Source of the DNA: an uncultured virus (IMG/VR IMGVR_UViG_3300025751_003710)
Taxonomy: Duplodnaviria; Heunggongvirae; Uroviricota; Caudoviricetes
Direction: 5' to 3' (one strand)
Virus record (IMG/VR): IMGVR_UViG_3300025751_003710
Length of the DNA: 64,000 nucleotides
Each line of letters begins with the position of its first letter. Position 1 is the first letter of the stretch. Both the position numbers and the translations under genes were made by a program. A model generated the notes under the pieces. The model made no database searches and had not been told where the DNA came from. It saw only the letters and a list, made by a program, of their open reading frames with translations. This document shows, piece by piece, positions 7,597 through 16,553 of the stretch.

Positions 7597-7611
7597 TCAC
7601 CCTCTTTTTTT
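7588..7611 (+). terminator. Rho-independent terminator
   Basis: GAGGGT-TGATC-ACCCTC followed by T7. Confidence 0.75.
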
Positions 7612-7642
7612 GTGCTATACTCTATAATAATGAAAATAATTT

Positions 7643-7807
7643 ATGGACAAAGAAAGGTTAAAACTAATAGTTCGTAATTTGGAATTATTGGTTGATTCTC
7701 TAAAAGCTGAAGTTCTATCTGATGTGGAAGCATATAAATATCCAGAATCTACTTCAAAAAGAAAAGAACTAGATTACGATGAAATCTTTGAGGATGATGA
7801 TGACTGA
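7643..7807 (+). CDS. Conserved cyanophage hypothetical protein (54 aa, not in the ORF track)
   Basis: MDKERLKLIVRNLELLVDSLKAEVLSDVEAY...DYDEIFEDDDD*. Confidence 0.65.
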   Translation: MDKERLKLIVRNLELLVDSLKAEVLSDVEAYKYPESTSKRKELDYDEIFEDDDD

Positions 7808-7970
7808 TACGACAAGAGCTAAACGTCTTGTAAAATTGCTTGAAAGACTTATCAAGCAAGATCATCTTTATGATGAAGAAAGGATTGTAGAAATGAAAAA
7901 AGAACTTTCCAATCTTAAAGAACAAATTTCCGAAATTGAAAAACAAAATTACAAAGGATTTGGTAAATGA
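7800..7970 (+). CDS. Small coiled-coil hypothetical protein
   Basis: In frame with track ORF 7779-7970; LVKLLERLIKQDHLY...KGFGK. Confidence 0.65.
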   Translation: MTDTTRAKRLVKLLERLIKQDHLYDEERIVEMKKELSNLKEQISEIEKQNYKGFGK

Positions 7971-8605
7971 CCGTAAAACTGATTAGTGTAACTCCAGATG
8001 CAGAAGAAACTATGGCATATGTTGCCAGAGTTTCTAATCCTGCAAATCAAGAAAACGAAAAATATGCAGGACTTTTGAAATATTGTATTAAACATAATCA
8101 CTGGAGTGTATTTGAGCAAAGTTTCATGACTCTGGAGATTGAAACTACCAGGGCAATCGCAGCTCAAATTTTGCGTCACCGTTCGTTCACATATCAAGAG
8201 TTTTCCCAGCGGTACGCTGATTCATCTCTGTTAGGTTTTGATAAGATTCCACTACCAGAACTTCGTAGGCAAGACACGAAGAATCGCCAAAATTCTATTG
8301 ATGATTTGGATCCTTTTGATGTTCAGACTCTGCAACTTCAGATGCAAACTCTCTTTGATTCTTCCATGGCTTTGTACAAGCAAATGCTTGAACGTGGTGT
8401 CGCAAAGGAATGTGCAAGAAATGTGCTTCCACTCTGCGTACCAACAAAAATCTACATGTCAGGATCATGCAGGTCATGGATCCATTATATAACTCTGAGG
8501 TCTGCAAACGGCACTCAGAAAGAGCACATGGATGTAGCAAATGGATGTAAGAAGATTTTTATTGAACAGTTTCCAACAGTTGCTGAAGCACTTGAATGGG
8601 TATAA
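7967..8605 (+). CDS. thyX: FAD-dependent thymidylate synthase
   Basis: HWSVFEQ, RHRSFTYQEFSQRY (RHRx7S motif), KECARNVLP. Confidence 0.95.
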   Translation: MTVKLISVTPDAEETMAYVARVSNPANQENEKYAGLLKYCIKHNHWSVFEQSFMTLEIETTRAIAAQILRHRSFTYQEFSQRYADSSLLGFDKIPLPELRRQDTKNRQNSIDDLDPFDVQTLQLQMQTLFDSSMALYKQMLERGVAKECARNVLPLCVPTKIYMSGSCRSWIHYITLRSANGTQKEHMDVANGCKKIFIEQFPTVAEALEWV

Positions 8606-8608
8606 ATA
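8601..8608 (+). promoter_or_regulatory. T4-type late promoter
   Basis: TATAAATA, 24 nt upstream of ATG 8632. Confidence 0.6.
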
Positions 8609-8631
8609 TTTTCGTATTGAAATTATAAAGA

Positions 8632-8877
8632 ATGGCAACTTATCCTGTAAAACATAAAGAAACTGGTGAAACCAAAGAAGTGAAGATGAGTGTTCACGAA
8701 TGGGATCAGTGGAGAGAAGACAACCCAGAATGGGAAAGATACTATACTCCATACAACGCACCAGGATTTGGTGAAGTTGGTGAATGGCAGAGTAAATTAG
8801 TTGCTAAAAATCCAGGATGGAATGATGTCCTTGGAAGAGCAGCATCTATGCCTGGCGCAAACGTAAAAAAGATTTAG
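8632..8877 (+). CDS. Conserved T4-like hypothetical protein upstream of phoH
   Basis: MATYPVKHKETGE...PGWNDVL; position in the core gene block. Confidence 0.7.
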   Translation: MATYPVKHKETGETKEVKMSVHEWDQWREDNPEWERYYTPYNAPGFGEVGEWQSKLVAKNPGWNDVLGRAASMPGANVKKI

Positions 8878-8886
8878 TATTCTAGT

Positions 8887-9645
8887 ATGGCAAGAAGAAA
8901 AAGAGGATCTGCAGAGCAACCTATTGGGGTTGGACTCACTGTAAAGCAGATGAAGCGTAGAAAACCATTAGGGTTAGAATATCTTATTGATATTGAACCT
9001 ATTACTGATAATCAAAAAACTTATTTTGATTCATATAAAGAAGATAAACATCTAGTTGCCTATGGTTGTGCTGGAACTGGTAAAACGTTTATTACTCTTT
9101 ATAATGCACTTAAAGATGTATTAGATGAAAATAGTCCTTTTGAAAAAATTTATTTGGTTAGATCGTTAGTTGCAACCAGGGAAATTGGTTTTTTACCTGG
9201 TACTCATGAAGATAAAGCAGACATTTATCAAATTCCATATAAAAATATGGTGAAGTATATGTTTCAAATGCCCAGTGATGCAGATTTTGAAATGCTTTAC
9301 GGTAATTTGAAGTCACAAGAAACGATTAAGTTTTGGAGCACTTCTTTTCTTCGTGGAACTACTCTCGATAATGCAATTATTATTGTTGATGAATTTCAAA
9401 ATCTAACTTTCCACGAACTTGATAGTATAATTACACGAATCGGTGAAAACTCTAAAATTATGTTTTGTGGTGATGCCACTCAGTCTGATTTAACAAAGAC
9501 TAATGATAAGAATGGTATCTTTGATTTTATAAAAATACTGCAAACTATGCCTTCTGTCGATCTTGTTGAGTTTGATGTTAATGATATTGTAAGATCTGGT
9601 TTGGTTAAAGAATATCTTCTTGCAAAACAAGAAACTAATTTATGA
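8887..9645 (+). CDS. phoH: PhoH-like ATPase
   Basis: GCAGTGKT Walker A, IGFLPG, LRGTTL, IIVDEFQN and GDATQSDL motifs. Confidence 0.95.
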   Translation: MARRKRGSAEQPIGVGLTVKQMKRRKPLGLEYLIDIEPITDNQKTYFDSYKEDKHLVAYGCAGTGKTFITLYNALKDVLDENSPFEKIYLVRSLVATREIGFLPGTHEDKADIYQIPYKNMVKYMFQMPSDADFEMLYGNLKSQETIKFWSTSFLRGTTLDNAIIIVDEFQNLTFHELDSIITRIGENSKIMFCGDATQSDLTKTNDKNGIFDFIKILQTMPSVDLVEFDVNDIVRSGLVKEYLLAKQETNL

Positions 9646-10343
9646 ATGATGTTATTGTTATAGATAATTTTTATTCAGATCCAGATAGTGTTGTAAATTA
9701 TGCCTTATCACAAAAATTTTCTTCTGAGGTAGGTTCTAATTGGCCAGGAAAAAGAACTTCAATATTAGATAATAACTCTGATATTTTCACATCTTTTTCA
9801 GTTTTATTAAAAAATAAAACTAGTGTTGATGTATTCAATTATGATTTGGAAACTTCATTTCATAAAACATATATTTTTTCTCCTTTTAAAAATTCATCAT
9901 TAAATAGTGGATTTGTACATACCGATCTTTATAAAAACTATTTTATAGATGGTAAAAAAACTCTTTCTGGTGTTGTTTATTTAAATAAAAAATCCATTAA
10001 AAGTTCTGGAACTAGTTTTTATAAATTAAAAAATTATACAAATAACATTTCAGATCCATCAACAAATAAAAAGTTTGCAGATCTTAGAAGAGAATATGAC
10101 TACTATTTCAATGCATACAAAAATATGCTATACTCTTCTTATATTCCCAAACCAAATCCTGCTATAGACATTATTAAAATAAAAGATAAAGTTGATGAAT
10201 TATTTGAAAAAACACATGAAATTGATAATGTTTATAATAGATTAATCTTATATAATTCAAATTACTTTCATAGTGCTAGTAATTTATTCTCTAATAACTT
10301 TGATCCAAGATTAACACAAGTATTTTTTATGAGTGAAAAATGA
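9642..10343 (+). CDS. 2OG-Fe(II) oxygenase-like protein (DUF6445-like)
   Basis: IDNFYSDPD, WPGKRT, VHTD, GVVYLN, GTSFY, NRLILY...FHSA...RLTQVFF (HxD...H...R). Confidence 0.7.
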   Translation: MNDVIVIDNFYSDPDSVVNYALSQKFSSEVGSNWPGKRTSILDNNSDIFTSFSVLLKNKTSVDVFNYDLETSFHKTYIFSPFKNSSLNSGFVHTDLYKNYFIDGKKTLSGVVYLNKKSIKSSGTSFYKLKNYTNNISDPSTNKKFADLRREYDYYFNAYKNMLYSSYIPKPNPAIDIIKIKDKVDELFEKTHEIDNVYNRLILYNSNYFHSASNLFSNNFDPRLTQVFFMSEK

Positions 10344-11023
10344 TTTTTAACCATGTTGATATTGATCTTCCATCTCTTGAAAGAGAAACAATTGATGGAG
10401 TAAGATTTTATAAAGTTCCTGATGAAGAAGAACTCCTCCGACTGGTCTCCATTACATCTGTTACCAGTCACAGAAATAGAGAATTTTTTGCTAAGTGGAG
10501 AAAACGGGTAGGGGAAGAAAAAGCAGAACGCATCACAAAACGTGCCACAAGTCGTGGTACAGATATGCATACTCTTGTAGAGTATTTTCTAAAGAATGAA
10601 GAATTGCCAGAAGTACAACCTATTTCTGACTTTTTATTTAAAATCTCTAAGCAAACTCTTAAAAATATAAATAATATATACACCCTTGAAGGTTCGCTAT
10701 ATAGTAAACAATTAGGGATTGCGGGAACTGTTGATTGTATTGCAGAATACAACGGCGAATTAGCAATAATCGACTTTAAGACATCTGCTAAACCGAAACC
10801 ACGGGAGTGGATTGATCACTATTTTGTACAGTGCATGGCATATGGTTGTATGCTGTACGAACTGACTGGTATTTCAGTCAAAAAACTTGTAATTATTATG
10901 GCTTGCGAAAATGGAGAATGCGTCGTCTATGAAGAACGAGACAAATCAAAGTACATCAAACTTCTCACAGAATATATTGGAGAGTTTGTTAGAGATAAAT
11001 TGGAATTCTATGGAACAAAATAA
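10340..11023 (+). CDS. Cas4-like PD-(D/E)xK exonuclease
   Basis: SITSV, RGTDMH, AGTVDCIA, IIDFKTS and QxxAY motifs. Confidence 0.85.
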   Translation: MIFNHVDIDLPSLERETIDGVRFYKVPDEEELLRLVSITSVTSHRNREFFAKWRKRVGEEKAERITKRATSRGTDMHTLVEYFLKNEELPEVQPISDFLFKISKQTLKNINNIYTLEGSLYSKQLGIAGTVDCIAEYNGELAIIDFKTSAKPKPREWIDHYFVQCMAYGCMLYELTGISVKKLVIIMACENGECVVYEERDKSKYIKLLTEYIGEFVRDKLEFYGTK

Positions 11024-11270
11024 AGATCTAAAAAACGTGTTAGAAAACAAGTTTTTAACACCATCAAAATTTGCAATAGAAATTGAAAAAATTGTTGCAA
11101 AAGAAAAGATGAATTATATTGATGCAATATGTTTCTATTGTGAGACTAACAATATTGAAGTTGATTCAATTACAAAACTTGTATCAAAACCTCTAAAAGA
11201 AAAGTTAAAGTGGGATGCTATTCGTCTCAACTTTATGAAAAAAACATCGAGAGCTAAACTGCCACTATGA
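11010..11270 (+). CDS. gp33: Late transcription coactivator gp33
   Basis: F..EIEKIV....NYIDAI....E.NIE......SKPLKEKLK.DA..LNF; synteny before gp59. Confidence 0.85.
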   Translation: MEQNKDLKNVLENKFLTPSKFAIEIEKIVAKEKMNYIDAICFYCETNNIEVDSITKLVSKPLKEKLKWDAIRLNFMKKTSRAKLPL

Positions 11271-11863
11271 TCGTGACTCCCTTTGAAACTTACCAACATT
11301 ATTTGTCACTAAAAAATCACTTCACAAATCCAAAATACGACTTTTTCAAATACGGGGCAAAAACCCGTGCGAGTATTACTTCTTTCAATAAAAGAAAAGA
11401 CAAGTATTGGTTTGAAAAAACCTCTCGTAAGTATTCTGATCAAGAAATTTTGGATTTTTTAGTATCTAATTTTGCTGCTGCCGATAACCCACAAAACCTA
11501 TGGATTGGAGAAATTATCAATTCTGGCGAAAGAGTGTACGCCGATTGGATGAAACGTCGTCAGAGTTCAACTTACTTGTTCAAAGAACAAAGCAACGAAT
11601 TACTATCGAACAACGAATTAGAGAATCTCTTCAATTGTTCCAAGGGTCACCCAATTTTACTAAAAAAATTTCTTGGTGGAGAAATAAGTCTTGAAACATT
11701 CGTTATTTTTGAAAAAATTTTTGGTTTTTCAAAAAACTTTGATAAAAAATTAAAAGATCCTGTATGGGAAACCGTAAGTTTAAAATTAAAAAAATATAAT
11801 CCCTTCATAAATATTGATGTATTCAAATACAAGAAAATTTTGAGAGACCTGGTAGATGAGTGA
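11267..11863 (+). CDS. gp59: Helicase loader gp59
   Basis: YLSLKNHFTNPKYDFFKY, RKDKYWFEK, HPILLK, ISLET motifs. Confidence 0.9.
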   Translation: MIVTPFETYQHYLSLKNHFTNPKYDFFKYGAKTRASITSFNKRKDKYWFEKTSRKYSDQEILDFLVSNFAAADNPQNLWIGEIINSGERVYADWMKRRQSSTYLFKEQSNELLSNNELENLFNCSKGHPILLKKFLGGEISLETFVIFEKIFGFSKNFDKKLKDPVWETVSLKLKKYNPFINIDVFKYKKILRDLVDE

Positions 11864-12188
11864 CTTTTTTGAATCTGAAATTATTCAAAAAGAACTTGAA
11901 GAGATAAATTATCTTCAAGAAAAAATTTATGGAAGTTTATTGTCTTTTAGTGCAATGTCCCGTGAAGAAAAGTTGGAACATGTCCAAATTCTCACAGACT
12001 TGCTAGAAAAGCAGCAAGTGATGTATACTAGGTTATCTCTTTCAGACGACCCTAAAGCGGTAGAAATGAAAGAGAATCTTCGTAAATCAGTTGCTCTGAT
12101 GGGTTTTCCACCAGAAACTGATATGATTATGCTTTTTGATAGTATGAATGCAACCATCGAGGCACTTAAAAAATACATTGACGCCTAA
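11856..12188 (+). CDS. DUF1825-like cyanobacterial/cyanophage protein
   Basis: FFESEIIQ...LLEKQQVMYTRLSLSDDP. Confidence 0.7.
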   Translation: MSDFFESEIIQKELEEINYLQEKIYGSLLSFSAMSREEKLEHVQILTDLLEKQQVMYTRLSLSDDPKAVEMKENLRKSVALMGFPPETDMIMLFDSMNATIEALKKYIDA

Positions 12189-12206
12189 CCGATTTTTTGT
12201 TATACT
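12178..12206 (+). promoter_or_regulatory. Sigma70-type promoter of gp32
   Basis: TTGACG (12178) - 17 nt - TATACT (12201). Confidence 0.7.
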
Positions 12207-12251
12207 ATCCAAGTAAATCCCCCCGAATCCAATTAATCCGAGGTAATCCAA

Positions 12252-13202
12252 ATGTCTTTCGCAGACCTTAAAAAGCAATCCAAACTGGGCTCTTTGACCG
12301 CTAAACTGGTTAAAGAAGTCGAAAAAATGAATAATTCCGCTAACCCAGGAGATGAGCGTCTCTGGAAACTGGAATGTGATAAGAGCGGCAACGGTTATGC
12401 CGTTATTCGTTTCCTGCCTGCTCCTAACGGCGAAGATCTGCCGTTTGTTAAACTGTACTCCCATGCCTTCCAAGGTCCTGGTGGTTGGTACATTGAGAAC
12501 TCTCTGACTACGATGGGACAGAAAGATCCTGTGTCTGAGTATAATTCCATGCTTTGGAACAATGGCACTGATGCTGGAAAAGAACTTGCACGTAAGCAGA
12601 AGCGTAAACTGACTTACATCGCCAACATTTATGTTGTAAAAGATCCTGCTAATCCTGAAAACGAGGGAAAAGTTTTCTTGTATAAGTTTGGTAAGAAGAT
12701 CTTTGATAAACTCACTACTGCAATGCAACCTGAGTTTGAAGATGAGGAAGCAATCGATCCGTTCGACTTCTGGCAAGGTGCTAACTTCAAGCTGAAGGCG
12801 AAGAACGTTGCTGGTTACCGTAACTATGACTCTTCGGAGTTTGCCCGCTCCAGCGCCCTCCTAGATGATGATGACGCTATGGAAGCAATCTGGAAGAAGC
12901 AGTATTCTCTTTCTGAACTTGTTGCTCCCGATCAGTTCAAAACCTATGATGAACTGAAAAAGCGTATGGATTATGTTCTTGGAAATAAGGGAACTCCTAA
13001 ATTCCAAGATCAGGAGACCCTTGAGGAAGAGGAAGAGTTCCGCCGCCAAAATCGTGGTGAGAGCAATCCTATGCCACAATCAATGAAAGAAGAATTGAAT
13101 TCATTGAGTGATGGGCGAGACTTTAACAGCTCCGATATCACCAGTTCTTCTACCGAAGATGATGATACACTGAGTTACTTTGCTAAACTGGCAGAGGACT
13201 GA
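12252..13202 (+). CDS. gp32: Single-stranded DNA-binding protein gp32
   Basis: DERLWK..DKSGNGYAVIRFLP, WYIENSLTT, GANFKLK, NYDSSEF motifs; acidic tail. Confidence 0.95.
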   Translation: MSFADLKKQSKLGSLTAKLVKEVEKMNNSANPGDERLWKLECDKSGNGYAVIRFLPAPNGEDLPFVKLYSHAFQGPGGWYIENSLTTMGQKDPVSEYNSMLWNNGTDAGKELARKQKRKLTYIANIYVVKDPANPENEGKVFLYKFGKKIFDKLTTAMQPEFEDEEAIDPFDFWQGANFKLKAKNVAGYRNYDSSEFARSSALLDDDDAMEAIWKKQYSLSELVAPDQFKTYDELKKRMDYVLGNKGTPKFQDQETLEEEEEFRRQNRGESNPMPQSMKEELNSLSDGRDFNSSDITSSSTEDDDTLSYFAKLAED

Positions 13203-13288
13203 TGAAAAAAAAGTTCAAGTGGTCATATGAGAGGGTCTGCCTGACCCTCCTGGTTGTGGCAACTTATTATATGCTTATCTTTAAGTAA
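13202..13288 (+). CDS. Putative 28-aa membrane peptide (not in the ORF track)
   Basis: MKKKFKWSYERVCLTLLVVATYYMLIFK*; TGATG coupling to the gp32 stop; GAGG upstream. Confidence 0.4.
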   Translation: MKKKFKWSYERVCLTLLVVATYYMLIFK

Positions 13289-13292
13289 CAGC

Positions 13293-13319
13293 GGGGGGAT
13301 TTAAATCCCCCCCTTTTTT
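13293..13319 (+). terminator. Rho-independent terminator between convergent genes
   Basis: GGGGGGAT-TTAA-ATCCCCCC followed by a T run. Confidence 0.8.
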
Positions 13320-14019
13320 ATGGAGAGGTAATTCTAATATTTTCTGCTTTAATCAAAGTATCATTCACATATTGTGATGAGTCTTTGTATTTCATCAACT
13401 GTCTCAATTCATCTAAAAATTGCTCTAAATATCGAGATCTTAATACTGTAATTTCTCTTTTTTTATCATTTTTCATTACCTCATATTCAAAATTAGTTAC
13501 AGGTATTGTGATATTTTCAACTCTCTTATATGAGTTGGTATCTGCATCATAATATTGAACATATGATTGTGTTGGTAATGTATCTGTTACTGGTTTTGGT
13601 ACTTTGTGATTTTGATCTACAATTTCACCAGCAGGGAGAATAATTCTACCTTTCGCATCTTTTACTTCAATAGTTTCATAATATTTGACATCATTTAAAG
13701 TGTCACCATATAAATCATATGCATATGCTTCAAGATTACTATTTGATAAAGGCCATTCATTCCTAACATTTAGTATATTGGCAGATATTAAAACAACCCA
13801 ATCTAAAGTGGAATCTTTATACAATTCGTTTGCAACTTGATCGGGGCGTGTATCTTCTACTATTGTATATTTTTCAAAAGCATTATAAATTTTTTCAAAA
13901 TCACTACGAATTTTTACTCTTCTAAAGAGATTTTTAGCTCTAACAAACTCTAGTGTTGATGTTCTATCAACTAATGGTGATTGGTAATCTAGTTCTGGAA
14001 GTTCTCTGAAATAACCCAT
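13318..14019 (-). CDS. gp53: Baseplate wedge protein gp53
   Basis: YFRELP..Y, NLFRR, RPDQVANELY...DWVVLISANI...EWP motifs. Confidence 0.85.
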   Translation of the reverse strand: MGYFRELPELDYQSPLVDRTSTLEFVRAKNLFRRVKIRSDFEKIYNAFEKYTIVEDTRPDQVANELYKDSTLDWVVLISANILNVRNEWPLSNSNLEAYAYDLYGDTLNDVKYYETIEVKDAKGRIILPAGEIVDQNHKVPKPVTDTLPTQSYVQYYDADTNSYKRVENITIPVTNFEYEVMKNDKKREITVLRSRYLEQFLDELRQLMKYKDSSQYVNDTLIKAENIRITSP

Positions 14020-14020
14020 A

Positions 14021-14917
14021 TCAGTATCCTACTCCTAAAAGACTATCAGTATAATCTTCTGCATAAACTGGTACAACTTCTTGAAAACTTAAATCAAGTT
14101 GCATAGAAACAGGAGTTCCGTCATGATATGTTGCATAAACATTTTCACCAGTATAATTAACTGCCATATTTTTTAGAGCACATTCTTTGAATGATGGTAG
14201 AAATGGGTGTTTAGTATTCCCCTTTCTATATTGCAGATCAAAGTAACCAGGAGTCTTAATAAATGTACCAGGGTCCTTTTCTTTACTATTATTCTTAGCA
14301 CTCATATGCACTTTAAGTGTTCTAATTATTTTTTTAATATTATCTCTGTCCTCTTCATTTCTCGGTGTTAACTTGAATGAAAAGTTAAACTCTCTTAAAG
14401 TAACACCGTTGAACAATAATCTATTATTTTGATTTACGATTTGACCATAACTACGTGCCAGAATTTGATCTAGGGTAACATTACCACCAAGAACATTTAC
14501 TGCTTCTGCAGATAATTGAGTTTTTCCTAATGTTATTATCTTATCCAAATCCAAAGAACCACGAATCGTTCCCAATTTCCCTTTAACTTCTTCTAATGAT
14601 CCTTCGAGATTAAATAGGTCAATATCCATTAGTGCCCCTCCTGCAGCGACTCCTGCAGCAGTAAGATTATTCATCTTACTTTCACCCCAAGATACCGCAT
14701 TGGAATCTTGCAAATTTGATGGCATTGGTAAGTATATGACTGAACCAATCTGTATGGATTCTTTTTTAGAATAATCAAGCAATCCAGTAACGGTAAAATT
14801 TGTGTTACCAATTCCAGATGCATCTGGATTTACATATTCCTTAAGTGTAATACTAAAATAATCAGTTTCCTTCTCAATTGCCATATCAGAAGGATACCTT
14901 ATTGATTGTTCTGCCAT
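14021..14917 (-). CDS. gp48: Baseplate tail-tube cap gp48
   Basis: RYP, IYLPMP, LLFNGVTLREFNFSFKLTPR, CAL.NM.VNYT, L.FQE motifs. Confidence 0.8.
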   Translation of the reverse strand: MAEQSIRYPSDMAIEKETDYFSITLKEYVNPDASGIGNTNFTVTGLLDYSKKESIQIGSVIYLPMPSNLQDSNAVSWGESKMNNLTAAGVAAGGALMDIDLFNLEGSLEEVKGKLGTIRGSLDLDKIITLGKTQLSAEAVNVLGGNVTLDQILARSYGQIVNQNNRLLFNGVTLREFNFSFKLTPRNEEDRDNIKKIIRTLKVHMSAKNNSKEKDPGTFIKTPGYFDLQYRKGNTKHPFLPSFKECALKNMAVNYTGENVYATYHDGTPVSMQLDLSFQEVVPVYAEDYTDSLLGVGY

Positions 14918-14926
14918 TATCCTTTT

Positions 14927-15331
14927 TTAACTATTTAGACGAAAGTTTCCAAAAGGTATGGTTTGTAAATCTTTTATCTCAGATTGATAGACTTCATATA
15001 TTTCCCCTACTATCTCATCCCAAGTATATTGTCTAACTTTTCCCCAATGAAAGTTTATACCTCTGAACCCCCATGAAAAAACATCTGAAACGGCAACAAA
15101 TGGATTTTGATCATATTTTATGTTTGGTGTTTTAGGATTGTAAACAAAAATGTAGTATTTTCCAGAATCAGGAACTTTTCCACTTTCATTTAAAACATTC
15201 ATTAATTCAATCATTAAATCATCTGGATGTTCAGTACCGACGATACTATCAGTTACTGATCTAAGACGATTTACATTAAAATCAGTATCAGTATTTTCTG
15301 CTGCTCTTTGCCTTAGTGTTTTTCTTGGCAT
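14927..15331 (-). CDS. gp2-like (DNA end protector-related) protein
   Basis: YIFVYNPKT..YDQNP...GFRGINFHW; located next to gp4. Confidence 0.5.
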   Translation of the reverse strand: MPRKTLRQRAAENTDTDFNVNRLRSVTDSIVGTEHPDDLMIELMNVLNESGKVPDSGKYYIFVYNPKTPNIKYDQNPFVAVSDVFSWGFRGINFHWGKVRQYTWDEIVGEIYEVYQSEIKDLQTIPFGNFRLNS

Positions 15332-15332
15332 T

Positions 15333-15767
15333 TTAGATACCTAGTTCGTCTTCTGTGATAATTTTAAATTTCCATCGACGATCTTCACAAAATTCTTGAG
15401 CAACTTTCCATTTTGCTTGATTTTTTGCCCATTCAGTAACTTCATATATGTAACCTTTAGTTTTTGTTTTTTTAACTTTAGGTTCAATAGTTTGTTTTTT
15501 GGGTTTTATTTCAATCAAATACTTTTGAATCTGTCCATTATTTTCTACAACTTTAATATAAAAATCTGGAAAGTAACGATGAATTCTGTTATCTAACGGT
15601 GATCTATAAGGAAGTGCAAGTTCTTCACTACCCCATTCTAATATTCTTTCATTTTTATCACAATAAACCATAAACTTTCTTTCCCATAATGATCTATAAA
15701 CTATATTTGTAGGATCACCCTTGTATTTCTTGGGATAAGAAGGTTTGTATTTTCCTTTGTATGCCAT
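15333..15767 (-). CDS. gp4: Head completion nuclease gp4
   Basis: YKGKYKP..PKKYKGDP..IVYRSLWE, HRYFPDF, IEIKP, NQAKW motifs. Confidence 0.92.
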   Translation of the reverse strand: MAYKGKYKPSYPKKYKGDPTNIVYRSLWERKFMVYCDKNERILEWGSEELALPYRSPLDNRIHRYFPDFYIKVVENNGQIQKYLIEIKPKKQTIEPKVKKTKTKGYIYEVTEWAKNQAKWKVAQEFCEDRRWKFKIITEDELGI

Positions 15768-15806
15768 CTAAATAGTTCATAACATAGCGTATAAAAGTAT
15801 TTAGAA

Positions 15807-16514
15807 ATGAAAGTTCCAGAGATTGGCACTGTAAATATGAGTATGTTGCCAACGTTTTTGAATTTATCGAGAACAAATCTATACGAAGTTTTTATTGGAA
15901 ATTCTTGGGCTTCACCATCAACTACAACATCATTTTTAAAGTTTCTTAGTGATGGTACTCAATATGGATCTATCAATTTCAATGAAGATTTTGGTAGAGG
16001 TATAGGTCTTCTTTGTACTAATGCAACTTTACCAGCATCTTCATATGCAACTGCAGAAGTAAAAGATAATTTCATTGGTGTTGGGCAAGAATTTGCACAT
16101 ACTAGAATTAATACTGATATTGACTTCACATTTTATATTGATAGACAATATAAAGTATTAGGATTTTTTGAAGCATGGATGGATTTTATTTCTGGTGGCG
16201 CTGGTGGAGACATGCCACAACAAAACTCAGATCAATCAGCATCAGTTGGTTATTATAGAAGATATAACTACCCAAAGTATTATAAAACTAACGGAATTTA
16301 CATCAAAAAGTTTGAAGCAGACTATGCAAAAGGTGGTGCAACAAACATATCATATCAGTTAGTTAATGCTTTTCCTAAGTCTATGGCTTCAATACCAGTT
16401 GCATATGGTGGTTCTGAAATTATGAAAATAACAGTTACTCTAAACTATGATAGATACATTGTACGTAGGGAGTTTGCAACCGAATCAATTGATTTGAACG
16501 GCAATATTGCATAA
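15807..16514 (+). CDS. Tail-tube-fold baseplate protein (gp54-like)
   Basis: LC..ATLP, FEAWMDFI, Y.L.NAFPKS....V.Y motifs; divergent from gp4, upstream of gp26. Confidence 0.55.
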   Translation: MKVPEIGTVNMSMLPTFLNLSRTNLYEVFIGNSWASPSTTTSFLKFLSDGTQYGSINFNEDFGRGIGLLCTNATLPASSYATAEVKDNFIGVGQEFAHTRINTDIDFTFYIDRQYKVLGFFEAWMDFISGGAGGDMPQQNSDQSASVGYYRRYNYPKYYKTNGIYIKKFEADYAKGGATNISYQLVNAFPKSMASIPVAYGGSEIMKITVTLNYDRYIVRREFATESIDLNGNIA

Positions 16515-16519
16515 CACCC

Positions 16520-16527
16520 TATAAATA
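16520..16527 (+). promoter_or_regulatory. T4-type late promoter
   Basis: TATAAATA upstream of gp26. Confidence 0.65.
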
Positions 16528-16553
16528 AAAACACATGAATTGTATAGAAAATT

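Noticed and set aside
10340..11023. CRISPR-Cas system suggested by the Cas4-like gene
   Set aside because: No other cas genes and no repeat-spacer array are visible; this nuclease is a usual core gene beside gp33.
12087..12776. 229-aa antisense ORF
   Set aside because: Shadow of gp32 and the upstream gene, with no recognisable motifs.
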